From positions 1 through 27,562 of the forward strand of contig CAWJBB010000029.1 of the NCBI GenBank assembly GCA_963840855.1: DNA of 27,562 bases, in the 5' to 3' direction. The stretch comes from an uncultured delta proteobacterium (GTDB lineage: Bacteria > Desulfobacterota > Binatia > UBA9968). The stretch's first letter is position 1. Each line of letters begins with the position of its first letter. The position numbers and the translations under genes are program-made. Shown in pieces: positions 26,258 to 27,562 of the stretch. The notes under the pieces were generated by a model. It did not search any database. It was not told the origin of the DNA and saw only the letters and a list, made by a program, of their open reading frames with translations.

Positions 26258-27553
26258 ATGAACTTTCCATTTCTCGATCCAATTGAAATCAACCGGGTTC
26301 GCGACGCGGTCAACACCGACGCGGAATTTCGCCTCGCCAGCCGGTTCTTTTCGAAGGATATCTTGCTGGTCGCCGGCGATTCCAAGTGCATCGTCAATGT
26401 TCGCGAGGGCGTGATTACAGAAATCAAGCTCAATCCAACCTTCATGAATCCCTGGAGTTTCTTCATCAAGGGCGGCGCGGACGCCTGGGAGAAGTTCTTG
26501 CGCCCCATTCCGCCACCCCTTTTCACGGACCTGTACGGCTGCATTTCGCGCCAGCATTTCGAGCTGGGCGGCGATATCGAAGCCGCCTTCGCGCACTTTT
26601 GGGCGGTGACGCGCATGTTGGAAGTCTTTCGCGCGCTGCAGAACGATTCACCGGCTACGCCCGCCACTACGATGCAGCGCTCGGAGCACGCGAGCAAAAT
26701 CGAGCCGGTGGCCGGATGCTATCTGCATCTAAATGTTCAGGGCACGGATTATCGCGTTTACTTTGAGCAGAATGGCGCGGGCATTCCGCTCATCTGCCAG
26801 CACACCGCGGCATCGGATGGCCGCTTGTGGCGTCACTTGCTGAACGATGACGAAGTGACGCGAAGCTTCCACGTCATCGTTCCCGACCTCCCCTATCACG
26901 GCAAATCGCTGCCGCCGGAAAGCTTCGAATGGTGGAAGCTGGATTATCGATTGACCAAGAGTTTTTTCATGGAATTTCATCTCGAGCTGAGCCGCGCCCT
27001 GGGCCTTCAAGACCCGGTCTTCATGGGTTGCTCCATGGGCGGGCAATTGGCCGTCGAACTGGCCATCGAGCACCCGGAAAGTTTTCGCGCGGTGATCGGT
27101 CTCGAGTCCGGGTTGAGCCGCGCGCGCATGGCGCCGACGTTGGAATTCCACGACCATCCGCGCATCAGCAATGCATTCAGGATGCAATCAATGTATGGTA
27201 AGACCGCGCCGGGAACCCCTGAAGCGTACCGGCGCGAGATCGCTTGGACTTACGGGCAGAGCGCGCCGCCGGTTGCCAAAGGCGATCTCTATTACAATTT
27301 TATCGATCACAATCTGACGGGCGGCGAGGCGCGACGGATCGACACAGCAAAAATTGCCGTCTATCTCCTGACCGGCGAATACGACTGGGGTAATTCGCCA
27401 GACCAGACAAAAATTCTCGCGGATCAAATCAAAGGCGCGAAATTCGTTGAGATGAAGGGCCTCGGCCACTTCCCGATGGCTGAGAACTATCCGGTATTCA
27501 AAAAATACTTGATGCCGGTGCTGGACGAGATCGCAGCCAAGGCTCGGCAGTAA
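26258..27553 (+). CDS. Fusion of an SCP2-like N-terminal domain and an alpha/beta hydrolase
   Basis: The first ~128 aa show an SCP2-like pattern (VN.D.EF...V.EG...F.I.G...WEKFL). A Pro/Thr/Ala linker follows, then CQHTAASDGR.W, PDLPYHGKS, GCSMGG, LTGEYD and GLGHFPM.EN. Confidence 0.82.
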   Translation: MNFPFLDPIEINRVRDAVNTDAEFRLASRFFSKDILLVAGDSKCIVNVREGVITEIKLNPTFMNPWSFFIKGGADAWEKFLRPIPPPLFTDLYGCISRQHFELGGDIEAAFAHFWAVTRMLEVFRALQNDSPATPATTMQRSEHASKIEPVAGCYLHLNVQGTDYRVYFEQNGAGIPLICQHTAASDGRLWRHLLNDDEVTRSFHVIVPDLPYHGKSLPPESFEWWKLDYRLTKSFFMEFHLELSRALGLQDPVFMGCSMGGQLAVELAIEHPESFRAVIGLESGLSRARMAPTLEFHDHPRISNAFRMQSMYGKTAPGTPEAYRREIAWTYGQSAPPVAKGDLYYNFIDHNLTGGEARRIDTAKIAVYLLTGEYDWGNSPDQTKILADQIKGAKFVEMKGLGHFPMAENYPVFKKYLMPVLDEIAAKARQ

Positions 27554-27562
27554 CTTCGCTTT

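Overview
Bacterial, GC-rich accessory and catabolic region. The gene families and intergenic repeats suggest Candidatus Binatia (Desulfobacterota_B); this is an inference. Bases 5-12549 are a head-to-tail tandem duplication of a ~6.27 kb five-gene unit: a divergent DRE-TIM (homocitrate/isopropylmalate-synthase-like) enzyme, a Fe3+/thiamine-class ABC solute-binding protein (SBP), a dienelactone hydrolase, an FbpB-like ABC permease and a second SBP. The two copies differ by many scattered, mostly synonymous substitutions. Copy 1 also carries nine single-base indels that look like long-read errors. Next come a PhnD-like SBP, a frameshifted secreted TPR protein, a NhaR-like LysR regulator divergent from a small conserved hypothetical gene, a stand-alone receiver protein, a DUF318-type permease and a cysteine dioxygenase. 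The window ends with a divergent catabolic cluster. Its minus arm has a luciferase-like monooxygenase, a Cys-nucleophile alpha/beta hydrolase and a Cys-less racemase-fold protein. Its plus arm has an FrsA/DHPON-like hydrolase, a two-domain VOC protein, an SBP and an SCP2-like/hydrolase fusion. Several small palindromic or tandem intergenic repeats are present. I saw no rRNA, tRNA, CRISPR array, transposase, integrase or ABC ATPase.
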